A stretch of DNA of 64,000 nt from Chlamydiia bacterium. GTDB lineage: Bacteria > Chlamydiota > Chlamydiia > Chlamydiales > GCA-2402025. The notes under the pieces were generated by a model, which searched no databases, had not been told where the DNA came from, and was given only the letters and a program-made list of their open reading frames with translations. The translations under genes were made by a program, and so were the position numbers. Where the stretch lies: positions 2,620 to 66,619 of the forward strand of contig JAJACS010000007.1 in assembly GCA_022601395.1 (NCBI GenBank). Reading direction: 5' to 3'. The stretch's first letter is position 1, and every line of letters begins with the position of its first letter. This document shows positions 8,048-18,895 of the stretch, piece after piece.

Positions 8048-9427
8048 TCAGGGTTTTGCTCCCTCTAGAACCAGCTCAGAGTTTTTTGCCCCAAAGTTCC
8101 TTCCACTATTAATAGTTAGTTTAAAATATTTAGTGTCAGAAAAAAAACGCCTTTTAGTAAGCAATGGATGGCACATCAATTCTTCCTGATTATATACACC
8201 AAAGACCCATCCCCTTAAAAATGTTGGGATCTTTTCTTCTATGTACCTGCTTTTTAAAGTCTTTCCATTACTCCTTTCGGAGTTTCTAGGCCACTTAAGC
8301 GTAAAGCTATCGCAATTCAGCGCAAAATATACTTCACCCTTCCAAAAATCTTTCCAAGAACCTTTATGTGTCGCTGGTTTTGCCTCATCAATAATAAACT
8401 GATATCCCATGTACGAAAAGTTGAATGGCAAGCTACCTACCTTAATCTCAATCGGGAAGTCTTTTGGATGATCCTTCAGAAAAAACAATAGGTTGTTTTC
8501 ATATCGAATTTCGAGATCTCCCGCTAAAACAGACTTACCACTTCTTTTATCCTGGACAATTTGAACTAAGGTACTCAGTGAGGCTTGCGAAATGCAAGCT
8601 CCTTGCTTTTCTAGATATAGCCTTATAAAAGATTCAAATTCTAAAGGCTCAATACTTAGCATCTGCGTTAGATCAAGATAGCTGCCAAATGGTCCTGTAC
8701 ATAACAGCTGAAAGTAAGAACTCGCCTTTTTTTCAAAATACTCCTTTATAGAGGTCATCTTTTCCCCTAGGGTAGCTAGGTTATTTGCTGCATTTTTCCC
8801 AAATTTCTTTTCAATCTCTGGAAAAATACTTCCCCGCATCCGAGCCCTTAGATAGTGCTCATCTTCATTTGTTTCATCATGGAAATAGTGATATCCACCC
8901 TCGTTTAGAAAATCCAATATCTCTTTTTTTCTTACTGAAAGAAAAGGTCTTAATACACGCATTGATTGGTACGCACTATCTGCGGCAAGGCCAGAAAGCT
9001 TCCCTATAGACGCTCCTTCAAAGATACGTTTAAATACTGTTTCTGCTTGGTCGTCTTTATGATGAGCGAGCAGAAGTGCAGAAGCATGAACCTCTTTATA
9101 AAGCCTTTCAAAAATCTCTAACCTCTTATCTCGGAACCTTTCCTCTATATTTGAGTCTTTATTAGGTGTGATCCCTTTAATTTTCTCAAGATGGAATATC
9201 ATTCCTTTTGAGCTAGCCAGTTTTTCTACAAACTCTGCCTCAATTTTTGACTCCTCTCTCCAATTATGATCTATATATACAACGTGGATGGAGCCAAGAT
9301 GCCCGCACCTAGTAAGTGCATGAAATAGACATGTAGAGTCCGCTCCTGCAGAAACACCTACAAGAATCGTCTTATCCAAGACCTCTTGATCTTCCAAAAA
9401 TATTTTTAAATGTTTTTGTATATCCAC
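8048..9427 (-). CDS. tilS: tRNA(Ile)-lysidine synthase
   Basis: 459 aa with an N-terminal PP-loop VGVSAGADSTCL (variant of SGGxDS). It sits directly upstream of ftsH, the usual tilS-ftsH linkage. Confidence 0.85.
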   Translation of the reverse strand: MDIQKHLKIFLEDQEVLDKTILVGVSAGADSTCLFHALTRCGHLGSIHVVYIDHNWREESKIEAEFVEKLASSKGMIFHLEKIKGITPNKDSNIEERFRDKRLEIFERLYKEVHASALLLAHHKDDQAETVFKRIFEGASIGKLSGLAADSAYQSMRVLRPFLSVRKKEILDFLNEGGYHYFHDETNEDEHYLRARMRGSIFPEIEKKFGKNAANNLATLGEKMTSIKEYFEKKASSYFQLLCTGPFGSYLDLTQMLSIEPLEFESFIRLYLEKQGACISQASLSTLVQIVQDKRSGKSVLAGDLEIRYENNLLFFLKDHPKDFPIEIKVGSLPFNFSYMGYQFIIDEAKPATHKGSWKDFWKGEVYFALNCDSFTLKWPRNSERSNGKTLKSRYIEEKIPTFLRGWVFGVYNQEELMCHPLLTKRRFFSDTKYFKLTINSGRNFGAKNSELVLEGAKP

Positions 9428-9541
9428 AGAACTTTAGCACCACAAAATCAAAGACTAATGATACAAAAATGTGACAAAAAAGAGGTAATAATTCTTCATT
9501 ATAGTTATAAAGTAAGCATAATATGTATTTAGGAATGAGTT

Positions 9542-10633
9542 ATGCCACTTCTATGGCGCTACCTGCTAAAGGACTATTTTAAGATACTGCTGCTTTCGAC
9601 TCTTGTATTTGTATGTATACTACTCGTTATGAGAGCTCAAGAAATCGCAAGATTTGCGACCCTCTCATCCGGCGGTCTAGGAGTCTTTCTTTTCACCCTT
9701 TACCAGATCCCCTATATATTACCCTTTGCTCTTTGCATCTCAACCCTTATCGCTGCGATGCTAACGATGCAGAGTCTAACATCCTCTCACGAGGTAACTG
9801 CTTTCCGCTGCGCTGGAGCTGCGCTTCGCTCCCTTATTAGTCCTATTCTTCTAGCCTCTCTTTTCCTTTGTATTGTGAACTTTATGATCATTTCGGAACT
9901 TGCTCCGAAATGCAAACTCTCCTCTTCTTCTCTTCTATATGAAACAGCCTCAAATAATCCTTTGATATTATTTCGAAAGAACAAGTTCCTAAAGATCAAA
10001 GATTCTTATGTGGATATGAATTTCACAGACAATGACAGCCTTGCTGAAAATGTTATTTTTGCTTTTAAAGACTCTTCTTCAAATAAGCTGTCCCTTATTT
10101 TGGCAAAATCTCTGGAGCTTGCAGGAAAAGAACTAGTGGGCTCTGACCTTTCCCTTTTTTCAAGCCTCCAGACGAAAGCAGATTTTGACGACCTTCTTTT
10201 AGAGAACCAACAGCAGATGACTATCGACGCAGGTAAAATCTCTACTTTGCTTCAGAAGTCCAAGCAGCAAATAAAGTTTGAACATCTTCCCACTAAACAG
10301 CTTATTTTAAAAAAGAAGATGGGACCAAAGACAAAAAAGGTAAAAAAGGAATATTTCTTTGAAGTTTCTAAAAGAGCTTTTTTTACTTTTGCTCCATTTA
10401 CATTCACTCTACTTGGGCTCAGCTTTGGCATACAAATAGGACGAAAACTAAATAGGTCAAAAATGGCAAAGGTCTCCTTATTGATTCTCTTTATCTTTGT
10501 TTGCTATCTTCTTGCAAAAGCTATGCATAAGTCACCCCCTCTTGCTTTGACCATCTTTATTCTTCCACACCCCATTATTTTTGCAATATGCGGACTAAGG
10601 TTAAAGAAGATTGAAAAAGGTATAGAGGTATAG
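9542..10633 (+). CDS. lptF: LPS export ABC permease, LptF/LptG (YjgP/YjgQ) family
   Basis: 363 aa. N-terminus LWRYLLKDYFK, three N-terminal TMs, a large soluble loop and C-terminal TMs. It is tandem with a paralogue. Which copy is F and which is G is assigned by order only. Confidence 0.8.
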   Translation: MPLLWRYLLKDYFKILLLSTLVFVCILLVMRAQEIARFATLSSGGLGVFLFTLYQIPYILPFALCISTLIAAMLTMQSLTSSHEVTAFRCAGAALRSLISPILLASLFLCIVNFMIISELAPKCKLSSSSLLYETASNNPLILFRKNKFLKIKDSYVDMNFTDNDSLAENVIFAFKDSSSNKLSLILAKSLELAGKELVGSDLSLFSSLQTKADFDDLLLENQQQMTIDAGKISTLLQKSKQQIKFEHLPTKQLILKKKMGPKTKKVKKEYFFEVSKRAFFTFAPFTFTLLGLSFGIQIGRKLNRSKMAKVSLLILFIFVCYLLAKAMHKSPPLALTIFILPHPIIFAICGLRLKKIEKGIEV

Positions 10634-10634
10634 A

Positions 10635-11714
10635 ATGATTTGGAAGAAGCATCTCTATAAAGAAACCCTCAAAACTCTCATAGCTTTTCTTACAGGATTT
10701 TACATTCTCTATATCGTTATGGATTATTCCATCCATGCGCAGCATTTTTCAAAAATGCAAGATTTTTCTGTAGGAGCTTTTTTCACCTATTACCTCTGCC
10801 ATATCATTAAGCGTCTTGAAATGATGCTTCCCCTAGCATTCTTAATAAGCACTACAAAAATTCTTTTGCAGCTCAACCAAAGAAATGAACTGATAGCCCT
10901 TTTTGCAAGCGGCTTACAAACATCTAGGTTTTTAAGGCCTTTTTTTCTTATTGCCAGTATCTTAGCTGTAATACTATTTGCTAACTTTCAGTTCTTTGTA
11001 CCTCAATCACTTGACTATCTAGAAAACTTTGAAAACAAGAACTTTAAAAACTATAGCTACAAGAAGTATGAGACTCCATCCGCTTATAGCATGCCACTTC
11101 AAAACGGCGGAAGTCTCATATTTGGCAAATACTTTGATGATGCAAAGCTATTTGAAGATGTTTACTTTATCAAATCTCATGATGAAGTTTATAAAATAAA
11201 GTCTCTGCAAACAGAAGATCTACCATATATAGGGAAGTTTGTAGAGTGTTTCAAAAGATCCGAAGACGGAATCTTATCTATGGAAGATACTCGCGATAGT
11301 ATGACTTTTGACGACTTGACCATTGATTTTTCAATCCGAAAGAAAGCAGAACTACCCTTTGAGCACCGAAGTATTTCAAGCCTTTATAAGCAGCTATATC
11401 TACCAAGTAGCCTCTATGAAAAAAACGCCACTAAGATCCAATCACAACTGCTTTTTAAATTATTTAGTCCTTTTATTCCTTTTCTTGTATTAATAGCTAT
11501 AGCTCCATTTTGTATAAGGTCATCAAGAAGAATTCCTACATTTTTTATTTATGCATTATCTCTTTTTAGTTTTATTACGTTTTTCATTATCCTAGACGCT
11601 GCTGTGATACTTGGAGAGAGCAATACACTTCCTCCTCTTTTGGCAGTGCCCCTTCCGTTTCTAATCTGTTTTATAGGATGGGGTTGCCATTATTATCGCC
11701 ATACATGTAAATAG
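10635..11714 (+). CDS. lptG: LPS export ABC permease, LptF/LptG (YjgP/YjgQ) family
   Basis: 359 aa with the same architecture as the upstream gene. It starts 1 nt after the upstream stop. Confidence 0.8.
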   Translation: MIWKKHLYKETLKTLIAFLTGFYILYIVMDYSIHAQHFSKMQDFSVGAFFTYYLCHIIKRLEMMLPLAFLISTTKILLQLNQRNELIALFASGLQTSRFLRPFFLIASILAVILFANFQFFVPQSLDYLENFENKNFKNYSYKKYETPSAYSMPLQNGGSLIFGKYFDDAKLFEDVYFIKSHDEVYKIKSLQTEDLPYIGKFVECFKRSEDGILSMEDTRDSMTFDDLTIDFSIRKKAELPFEHRSISSLYKQLYLPSSLYEKNATKIQSQLLFKLFSPFIPFLVLIAIAPFCIRSSRRIPTFFIYALSLFSFITFFIILDAAVILGESNTLPPLLAVPLPFLICFIGWGCHYYRHTCK

Positions 11715-11721
11715 GAATTAA

Positions 11722-12504
11722 ATGGACTACACAAGAACTACCATGAAAGAACAAGTTGCGCCGAAATGGCATACAAAGAAGCTTCTACTTACACTAATGG
11801 GTCTTGGGATCCTTATTCTTTCTTGGCTCTTCTACTTCACTCATCCATTTTGGGAAGCTGCTGATATTGCATTTTTTAACTTCGTTAATGGTTTTATCAA
11901 AGAAAATCCATTCTGGCAAAATTTCTGGGCTATATCGAACCATAACCTAACTGACTGGTTCCATGACATTGTCATGCTATTTTTCTTTGTGGCATATATA
12001 GCAAAAAGATCAGACAAAACTGTTGCTAAGAAAATCGCTGAAGTTGTCTTTTTTGGAGCACTTGTTGCGTTTACAGTGCTTTTTATCAACAGGTTCTTAT
12101 GTTTAGATTTTTTTGAGATTAAGCGTAAATCCCCTACCATGGTCTATGAATTTGCAACACGCCTATCTCACCATGTCACTTGGCTGAAGATAAAAGACAA
12201 CTCTGTTGTTACATTCCCTGGAGATCATGGAACTGTAGCACTTTTATTTACTTTATTTGTATTCCATCTAATGGGAAAAAGAGCAGGTGTTCTAGCACTT
12301 TTCTATAACTTCTACTGGCAACTACCAAGACTTGTTACAGGATGTCACTGGCTAACAGATATCGTAATGGGCAGCTTTGTGATTGCTGCATTCATGACAT
12401 CTATAAGTATTTATACGCCTTTAAAAGAAACCATTACTGATTTAATATCTAGACCTTTCGATAAAAAGCGAAAGGATAAGTCTCTAGACCTTACATCATC
12501 ATGA
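11722..12504 (+). CDS. PAP2-superfamily-like membrane phosphatase (tentative)
   Basis: 260 aa, polytopic. Segments resemble the PAP2 motifs KxxxxxxRP / PSGH / HxxxD: IKRKSPT, FPGDHGT and CHWLTDIVMG. Confidence 0.5.
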   Translation: MDYTRTTMKEQVAPKWHTKKLLLTLMGLGILILSWLFYFTHPFWEAADIAFFNFVNGFIKENPFWQNFWAISNHNLTDWFHDIVMLFFFVAYIAKRSDKTVAKKIAEVVFFGALVAFTVLFINRFLCLDFFEIKRKSPTMVYEFATRLSHHVTWLKIKDNSVVTFPGDHGTVALLFTLFVFHLMGKRAGVLALFYNFYWQLPRLVTGCHWLTDIVMGSFVIAAFMTSISIYTPLKETITDLISRPFDKKRKDKSLDLTSS

Positions 12505-14012
12505 CAAAAACAAACGAAATTTATCAACAGATCGTTGAAATGGGAAAGCAGATTAGAACTCTGCAGTCCTTGTCCCTCTTTATGGAATGGGACCAAGAAA
12601 CATTTATGCCTAAAGGAGCTATTGGCTTTAGGTCTCTACAAAAGCAGACCCTTGAAGCTCTAGCTCATCAGCATCTAACTGCTACAGAGCTGCAAGAACT
12701 TCTTGGGAAACTTATCGACTTCGACACGGGTGAGTTCATAAAAGACGATGGTCTTGAAGACCTGCAGAAGGCTGCAATAAGAGAGTTCAGGCTTGATGTC
12801 ATCAAGGCAAAAAAACTCCCTGAGTCTTTTGTGAAAAACTTAGCTAAGATGGGCTCTGAAACAGTTGAAGTATGGGCTCAGACTAAACCGAAAAATGACT
12901 TTGCAACTTTTACTCCCCACTTAGAGAATTTCCTAAAGCTTGTACAAGAAAAATCAAAACTTCTTGGATATGAAGAACATCCTTATGACCCTCTTCTTGA
13001 TGAGTATGAGCCAGGAATGACGGTAAAAAAACTAGATAAGATTTTTGCCTCACTTAAGGACTTTTTGATTCCCTTTGCAAAGAAAGTGCGTTCAAAAAAC
13101 CTCAATACTGATTTTATGTATGGTGAATTTGAAGAGTCAAAAGTACTCGAGCTTGATAAACGCATTTTAAGCGCTATGGGTTTTGATGATAGCACCTTTC
13201 GCCTAGACACCTCAAACCACCCATTTTGCCTTAGTTTTCATCCAACTGATGTCAGGATGACAACTGTAACAAAGACAACGGACCTTATTGCAGCAAACGT
13301 ATCTGCTACGATTCATGAGGGCGGCCATGGACTCTATGAAGCTGGTCTTGATCAGGATTATTTTGGCACACCTATATGCCAAGCCGTATCCATCGCATTT
13401 CATGAGAGTCAGTCTAAGATATGGGAGTGCTGTATAGGACAATCAAAATCCTTTTGGCAACATTTTTACCCTCAGATTCAGGAGATGTTCCCAAAGAATT
13501 TTAAAGATCAAAGCCTTGATACTTTCTACAAGACTATGAATAGAGTGGAGCCTTCTTTGATTCGCATCTACTCTGATGAAGTACACTACTGTCTTCATGT
13601 CATTCTAAGGTATGAAATCGAAAAGGGACTTATAGAGGGATCCATTAAAGTGAAAGATATCCCCGATATCTGGAATGAGAAGATGGAAGCATATATAGGG
13701 ATAAAACCTAAGAACCATGCTGAAGGTTGCATGCAAGATATCCACTGGGCTTGGGGTCTTTTTGGATATTTCCCAACCTATGCTCTTGGAACCATGTATG
13801 CTGCTCAGTTATTCGATACTCTTACAGGCAAGTTTCCCGACTTTGATGAAAGGCTTTCTCAGGGTCACCTACATTTTATCAAGGAATGGCTTGGTGAAAA
13901 TGTCCACCGCTATGGCAGACAATATAGCTCTGAAGAGCTTCTTGTACGCGCTACAGGAAAACCCTTCTCTTCATCTTTCTTTGAAAAATATCTAGAAGCT
14001 AAATACCTATAA
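12501..14012 (+). CDS. Carboxypeptidase Taq-type metallopeptidase (family M32)
   Basis: 503 aa with HEGGHGLYE (HExxH), HESQSKIWE and DIHWAWG, the signature blocks of M32 carboxypeptidases. Confidence 0.9.
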   Translation: MTKTNEIYQQIVEMGKQIRTLQSLSLFMEWDQETFMPKGAIGFRSLQKQTLEALAHQHLTATELQELLGKLIDFDTGEFIKDDGLEDLQKAAIREFRLDVIKAKKLPESFVKNLAKMGSETVEVWAQTKPKNDFATFTPHLENFLKLVQEKSKLLGYEEHPYDPLLDEYEPGMTVKKLDKIFASLKDFLIPFAKKVRSKNLNTDFMYGEFEESKVLELDKRILSAMGFDDSTFRLDTSNHPFCLSFHPTDVRMTTVTKTTDLIAANVSATIHEGGHGLYEAGLDQDYFGTPICQAVSIAFHESQSKIWECCIGQSKSFWQHFYPQIQEMFPKNFKDQSLDTFYKTMNRVEPSLIRIYSDEVHYCLHVILRYEIEKGLIEGSIKVKDIPDIWNEKMEAYIGIKPKNHAEGCMQDIHWAWGLFGYFPTYALGTMYAAQLFDTLTGKFPDFDERLSQGHLHFIKEWLGENVHRYGRQYSSEELLVRATGKPFSSSFFEKYLEAKYL

Positions 14013-14043
14013 AAAAAAGCCTTTGATTTCTCAAAGGCTTTTT
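14011..14043. terminator. Bidirectional terminator between the convergent M32 peptidase gene and rpsI
   Basis: Stem GCCTTTGA (14019-14026) / TCAAAGGC (14031-14038) with a 4-nt loop, flanked by A8 (14011-14018) and T5 (14039-14043). A U-tract therefore follows the hairpin on either strand. Confidence 0.8.
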
Positions 14044-14075
14044 CAAAATAAATTGAATGATCTTTTGTGATATTC

Positions 14076-14474
14076 TTAACGTTTTGAGAACTGGAAACGT
14101 TTACGAGCACCAGGCTGACCGTATTTCTTTCTTTCCTTCTTACGAGGATCTCTTGTCATAAAGCCTTCTGCTTTAAGAGTAGATCTACGATCTTCATCTT
14201 GTTGAACTAAAGCTCTTGAAACGCCAAGACGAATAGCAATTGCTTGTGCCTCTAAACCGCCACCTTTCACTCTAACAACAATATCATAGTCAGAAACAAG
14301 AGAGAGCTTCTCAAGAGGAGCACGAACATTAGTTCTTTGCTCTTCACTTGGGAAGTATTCATTAATATCTCTTCTGTTTACGCGAATTTTACCGCTGCCT
14401 TTTCTTAAGAATACTGAAGCAACAGCTGTCTTTCTTCTTCCAACGCCAATATTTTCTTTTTGCGCTTTTGCCAT
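14076..14474 (-). CDS. rpsI: 30S ribosomal protein S9
   Basis: 132 aa ending in GARKRFQFSKR, the conserved S9 C-terminus. It lies downstream of rplM. Confidence 0.97.
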   Translation of the reverse strand: MAKAQKENIGVGRRKTAVASVFLRKGSGKIRVNRRDINEYFPSEEQRTNVRAPLEKLSLVSDYDIVVRVKGGGLEAQAIAIRLGVSRALVQQDEDRRSTLKAEGFMTRDPRKKERKKYGQPGARKRFQFSKR

Positions 14475-14492
14475 AACGTGTTATCCCTTCTA

Positions 14493-14948
14493 TTAAATTT
14501 CAACCGCAATCGGCTTTTGTGCACTCATGTTGTGGCTGGTGCCAGCATAAATACGTAATTTTTTAATCTGTGCTTTGCCAAGCTTTGTTTTTGGCATCAT
14601 GCCTTTTACTGCATGGCGAATGATCTCATCCGGCTTTCTTTCTTTCATCACTCTATATGGAGTCGCTCTAAGTCCACCAATATAACCAGTATATCTCTTG
14701 TACTCTTTCTGAGCTTCTTTGTTTCCTGTAACTGCAATCTTCTCTGCATTCACAACGATCACACCATCACCTGAATCAACATTAGGTGTAAATGTTGTTT
14801 TATGCTTTCCTCTAAGGATTTTCGCTATCTCAGAAGCAAATCTTCCAAGGGTCTTTCCTTCTGCATCTAATAGAAACCATTTCTTTGTGTTCACTACTTC
14901 TTCTTTCTTTTGAAAAAAAGACGTATTCTTTTTCGCAATTTGCTTCAT
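14493..14948 (-). CDS. rplM: 50S ribosomal protein L13
   Basis: 151 aa with KKWFLLDAEGKTLGRFASEIAKILRGKHK, typical of L13. rplM-rpsI operon order. Confidence 0.97.
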   Translation of the reverse strand: MKQIAKKNTSFFQKKEEVVNTKKWFLLDAEGKTLGRFASEIAKILRGKHKTTFTPNVDSGDGVIVVNAEKIAVTGNKEAQKEYKRYTGYIGGLRATPYRVMKERKPDEIIRHAVKGMMPKTKLGKAQIKKLRIYAGTSHNMSAQKPIAVEI

Positions 14949-15225
14949 CGAATATAACCTGATTGATCCAATTTAAAGTCCCCTAGGATACGTTTTTCGC
15001 CCTTTTTTGCCAAGGCTTCTTCCTAGGAGTTCCAAAAAAAGTTTGATGCGAATGAAAAATCACTCTTTTTATCCCCGTTTGAGATCGTTTCAAGTACAAG
15101 CATAAATAAAAACTATATCATATCAATTTGATAAGATTAACCTAAATTACTACAAGTTTACTTGAGTAATATTTTTCGATATGACAAAGTCAAAATTTAC
15201 CTGTATATAATTTTTTTTTGTATCT

Positions 15226-17094
15226 ATGACAAAAGCCAAAGAAGAGTTTCAACCCTACATCTCTACTAAAGACAATATTAAAGAGTTCACTCCAAAAGCT
15301 CTTATTTTGGGTATTATCATTGGCTTAATCTTCGGTGTTGGAAACGCTTACCTAGGACTGAAAGTTGGTGTTACAGTATCAGCTTCTATCCCAGCAGCAG
15401 TTCTTTCCATGGCTATCTTACATCTTTTCTTTAAAAGAGTTACGATCCTTGAAAACAATATCGTTCAGACTGTCGCCTCTGTGGGTGAAGGGATAGCAGC
15501 AGGGGTTATCTTCACTGTTCCCGCCTTATATATACTAGGTTCTCCACCTCCTTTATATGAAGTGATGCTTCTATCACTGCTAGGAGGGATGCTCGGAATC
15601 CTATTTATGATCCCTATGCGCCGATACATTATAGTAGAAGAACATGGGAAACTCCCCTTTCCTGAGGGCACTGCTTGTGCTGAGATTTTGAAATCTAGGC
15701 AGAGTGGAAAAGAAAATGCTCTCATGGCGATTTCAGGCATTGTCCTTGGTACATTTTACAAAGTCTTATCATCAGTGCTTAATCTTTGGGGGGAAACAGC
15801 CTCTTGGACCATAAAGAAACTAAATAATTTTGAAGTATCCTTCGACTGTACCCCGGCACTTCTTGGTGTGGGTTATATTATTGGTCCTAGAATCTGTATG
15901 ACAATGTTATTTGGTGGAGCTCTTGGCTGGTGGGTGATCATACCCCTAATTTCCATGTTTAGCCAAGGTGGCGCTGTCATCTACCCTGGAACGATTCCAG
16001 TATCTGAAATGAATGCTGAGCAAATTTGGTCTAACTATGTTCGCTTTATTGGCGCAGGTGCGATTGCTGTTGGCGGCCTCTTCAACATGATGAAAATTTT
16101 CCCTTTAATCAAGAAAACGTTTCTCATGGCATTTATTGAGCTTACGGAGAAACGCCATGAAAAAAAATTAATACCTAGAACAGACCAAGATATTTCCCTA
16201 AAGTGGCTCATGATTGGATGTATAGCCATTATTCTATTCCTGTGGCTATTCCCTCCTTTTCCAATGAACTTTCTTACGATTATACTCCTTGTAATTCTAG
16301 GGTTTTTCTTTGCTGGAGTTACTTCAATTACGGTAGGTATTGTGGGAAGTTCTTCTTGCCCCGCCTCTGGTATGACAATCACTACACTACTCATCACTTG
16401 CGTGATCTTTGTAGCTCTTGGTTGGACAGAGCGTATTTATCTAATTTCAGCACTTACCATGAGCATTGTGATCAATATTACAATTGCTCTTGCCTCTACC
16501 ACATCACAAGATCTAAAAACGGGTTATTTGCTAGGAGCTACTCCAAGAGCTCAGCAGGTAGGCGAAATGATCGGAATGATTCTGCCTGCAGTTGCTTTAA
16601 GCTTTACTGTATTCCTTCTAAGTGAAGCTTATGGATTTGGCTCAAGGCAAATGCCTGCTCCTCAGGGCACTCTAATGGCGCTCATTGCAAAAGGGGTTAT
16701 ATCTGGAAACATTCCTTTTACTCTTGTTTTTATAGGGATTGTAATTGGAGTTCTTGTTGCAATTTTAGGACTTCCTATTCTTTCTATTGCTATAGGCCTC
16801 TATCTACCAATATCGCTTTCTACAGGAGTGTTTTTAGGAGGTGTGCTCTCTATGATCATGTCAAGATTTGGCAAGTCAGAGGCTGTACACAGAAGAGGAG
16901 TTCTTGCCTCATCTGGCCTTGTAGCAGGAGATGCTTGCACAGGAGTTGTTGTCGCAGGGCTTATAGCCTTTGCTGGAATGAACTCTGCTGCGAAACCTCT
17001 ACTCCCTATGTATGTAGGACTTTCAATGTTTGTAATACTAAGCATTGTTATTGGCTGGGTCTGTGTGAAACCACCAAAATTCTTAAGAAAATAA
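15226..17094 (+). CDS. OPT-family oligopeptide transporter
   Basis: 622 aa with ~16 hydrophobic segments. The N-terminal block EFTPKALILGIIIGLIFGVGNAYLGLKVGVTVSASIPAAVLSMAI is characteristic of bacterial OPT-superfamily transporters. Confidence 0.85.
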   Translation: MTKAKEEFQPYISTKDNIKEFTPKALILGIIIGLIFGVGNAYLGLKVGVTVSASIPAAVLSMAILHLFFKRVTILENNIVQTVASVGEGIAAGVIFTVPALYILGSPPPLYEVMLLSLLGGMLGILFMIPMRRYIIVEEHGKLPFPEGTACAEILKSRQSGKENALMAISGIVLGTFYKVLSSVLNLWGETASWTIKKLNNFEVSFDCTPALLGVGYIIGPRICMTMLFGGALGWWVIIPLISMFSQGGAVIYPGTIPVSEMNAEQIWSNYVRFIGAGAIAVGGLFNMMKIFPLIKKTFLMAFIELTEKRHEKKLIPRTDQDISLKWLMIGCIAIILFLWLFPPFPMNFLTIILLVILGFFFAGVTSITVGIVGSSSCPASGMTITTLLITCVIFVALGWTERIYLISALTMSIVINITIALASTTSQDLKTGYLLGATPRAQQVGEMIGMILPAVALSFTVFLLSEAYGFGSRQMPAPQGTLMALIAKGVISGNIPFTLVFIGIVIGVLVAILGLPILSIAIGLYLPISLSTGVFLGGVLSMIMSRFGKSEAVHRRGVLASSGLVAGDACTGVVVAGLIAFAGMNSAAKPLLPMYVGLSMFVILSIVIGWVCVKPPKFLRK

Positions 17095-17095
17095 G

Positions 17096-17410
17096 CTAAA
17101 CTGATTTCTTAAGATCACCTACATCTTTTTCAAGCTTTTCTGTGGACTCCTTGTTTGGAGACTTTAGATATGCTTCATAGTCTTTATGAACCTCATCATT
17201 CAGCTTTTGTTGTTCTTCACTAAGACACTGCTGAGCTGATTTGTTCATAACGTCTAGAGCCTTATCCATTACATCCTTGAACTTGGCTTTTTTGTGAGGT
17301 TCTTTAGTATTCATGTATTCGTGAAAACTTTTATCAAAGAGGTCCACACCTTCTTGAAATTCTTGCTTGTAGGTTGGGACTTTTGAGTCATCACCATCGA
17401 TTTTACCCAT
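17096..17410 (-). CDS. Hypothetical Lys/Glu-rich helical protein
   Basis: 104-aa ORF with a weak SD (AAGG). The composition suggests an all-helical soluble protein. I recognise no family. Confidence 0.5.
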   Translation of the reverse strand: MGKIDGDDSKVPTYKQEFQEGVDLFDKSFHEYMNTKEPHKKAKFKDVMDKALDVMNKSAQQCLSEEQQKLNDEVHKDYEAYLKSPNKESTEKLEKDVGDLKKSV

Positions 17411-17561
17411 AACGACCTTTAATTTTGGTATACTCTCTATTTTTTATATAGCGAGTAAACGATTTTATTCCTAATCGCATTTCACAAAGGAAATTCTTTA
17501 TTTTTATTCAGTATCTGTTAATTTCAAGTACGTTTTTGATGCTTTACCCCTGAGGACTCTA

Positions 17562-18779
17562 ATGAAAAACTTTGGATTTATTTTTGCAGCTATAACCCTA
17601 ATAACTGGATGTATCGAAGCCGCTCCTCCTCCACAAGCTTATGTCATAAGCAATGGCGATCTTTTTGCTCCTCTTACTTCAATTAACATTAAAGAAAAAA
17701 CAACCACTACTATTAGACTTAGTGGCACTCCACAAGACCTCGCTATAACACCTGACGGCACTCAGCTGTTTGTTGCAACCATAAATGACAATGTAGTAGA
17801 TGTAATCGATACAACTACAAATCAGCAGTCTGGGAATCCTATCTTTATCGATAACTACACACCAACTGGGATCGTCATATCTCAGGATGGCAAGTTTGCA
17901 TATCTAACTGTCTCAATTAGCACAAATCCAAACAGCGGGCAAGTTACTGGTATATCAATACCAGGAAGAGGAAATACCAATTTTCCTTTCCCATCTGGGA
18001 TACCAGAGAATCTATTCGTATTAGGCAGCACTTTTTTTGCAGTTAATAGCGACAATACAAATACTTTTGGTATTTATGGGCTTAACTCTAAGTTTTTTGA
18101 TAACCCTAAATTTATTGATCTTTCTTGTGGCAACACGACACCTTGCACCCGGGATATTTTTATTCTAGGAGGGGGACATCTTTTTGTACTTACGTCAAAC
18201 AGCTCTCTTATAAATATCAATCTCGCAATAGGAGGCGTTCCAGGACCTCAGCAACCTCTTGAACCTGGCATATCATATGAAAAACTGTTCATTTCCCCTT
18301 CGATTACAGGAGATGAGTGGGGGGTAGTGCTAAGCAAAGAAGACGATGTTGTCACGACTTATATATTTGACTTAGCCAATGATACAGGCATAGTGAGATC
18401 TCATATGCCATCTGGCAGTGTTGGTCCACATGATGCTGTATTTTCCCATGATAGAAAATCCGTTTACGTACTAAACCAATCTGCTGGCACTGTTACGAAA
18501 TACAATAAAAATGCTGAGCCACTTGCTACAATCAAAGTTGGCGCAAACCCTAATAGTATCGCTATTACACCTGATGGAACGGAACTCTATGTCGCAAACT
18601 TTGCTAGCAATAGTGTGACTGTGATAAACACTATTACGCATAGTACGCAAGATATACCTGTCGGCTCGGGACCAACAAAGGTTATTATTACACCAACCGC
18701 AGCAACCTTTGCAAAATCAGTTTTGGAAAATACAGTAAAACATCAACCTGTGAAAATGGGAAAGGGAATCTTATTTTAA
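17562..18779 (+). CDS. YVTN-type beta-propeller repeat lipoprotein
   Basis: 405 aa. Signal peptide with lipobox LITGC. Repeats of the form DLAITPDGTQLFVATINDNVVDVIDTTT and NSIAITPDGTELYVANFASNSVTVINTIT match the 40-residue YVTN beta-propeller repeat. Confidence 0.75.
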   Translation: MKNFGFIFAAITLITGCIEAAPPPQAYVISNGDLFAPLTSINIKEKTTTTIRLSGTPQDLAITPDGTQLFVATINDNVVDVIDTTTNQQSGNPIFIDNYTPTGIVISQDGKFAYLTVSISTNPNSGQVTGISIPGRGNTNFPFPSGIPENLFVLGSTFFAVNSDNTNTFGIYGLNSKFFDNPKFIDLSCGNTTPCTRDIFILGGGHLFVLTSNSSLININLAIGGVPGPQQPLEPGISYEKLFISPSITGDEWGVVLSKEDDVVTTYIFDLANDTGIVRSHMPSGSVGPHDAVFSHDRKSVYVLNQSAGTVTKYNKNAEPLATIKVGANPNSIAITPDGTELYVANFASNSVTVINTITHSTQDIPVGSGPTKVIITPTAATFAKSVLENTVKHQPVKMGKGILF

Positions 18780-18895
18780 GACCTCTACCTGCTTACTTAA
18801 AACATCTATAATAGAGAAATTTTCAAATAATTCTCATTTATGTATGATGGCAAAAAGATAAAAAATGTAATTGACTCTTGTTATGGGGAACTTCA

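Noticed and set aside
274-15086. Shared 11-mer CGTTTGAGATC in the pnp leader (274-284) and upstream of the OPT transporter gene (15076-15086).
   Set aside because: It is a single short match with no extended similarity in the flanks, so chance is the simplest explanation.
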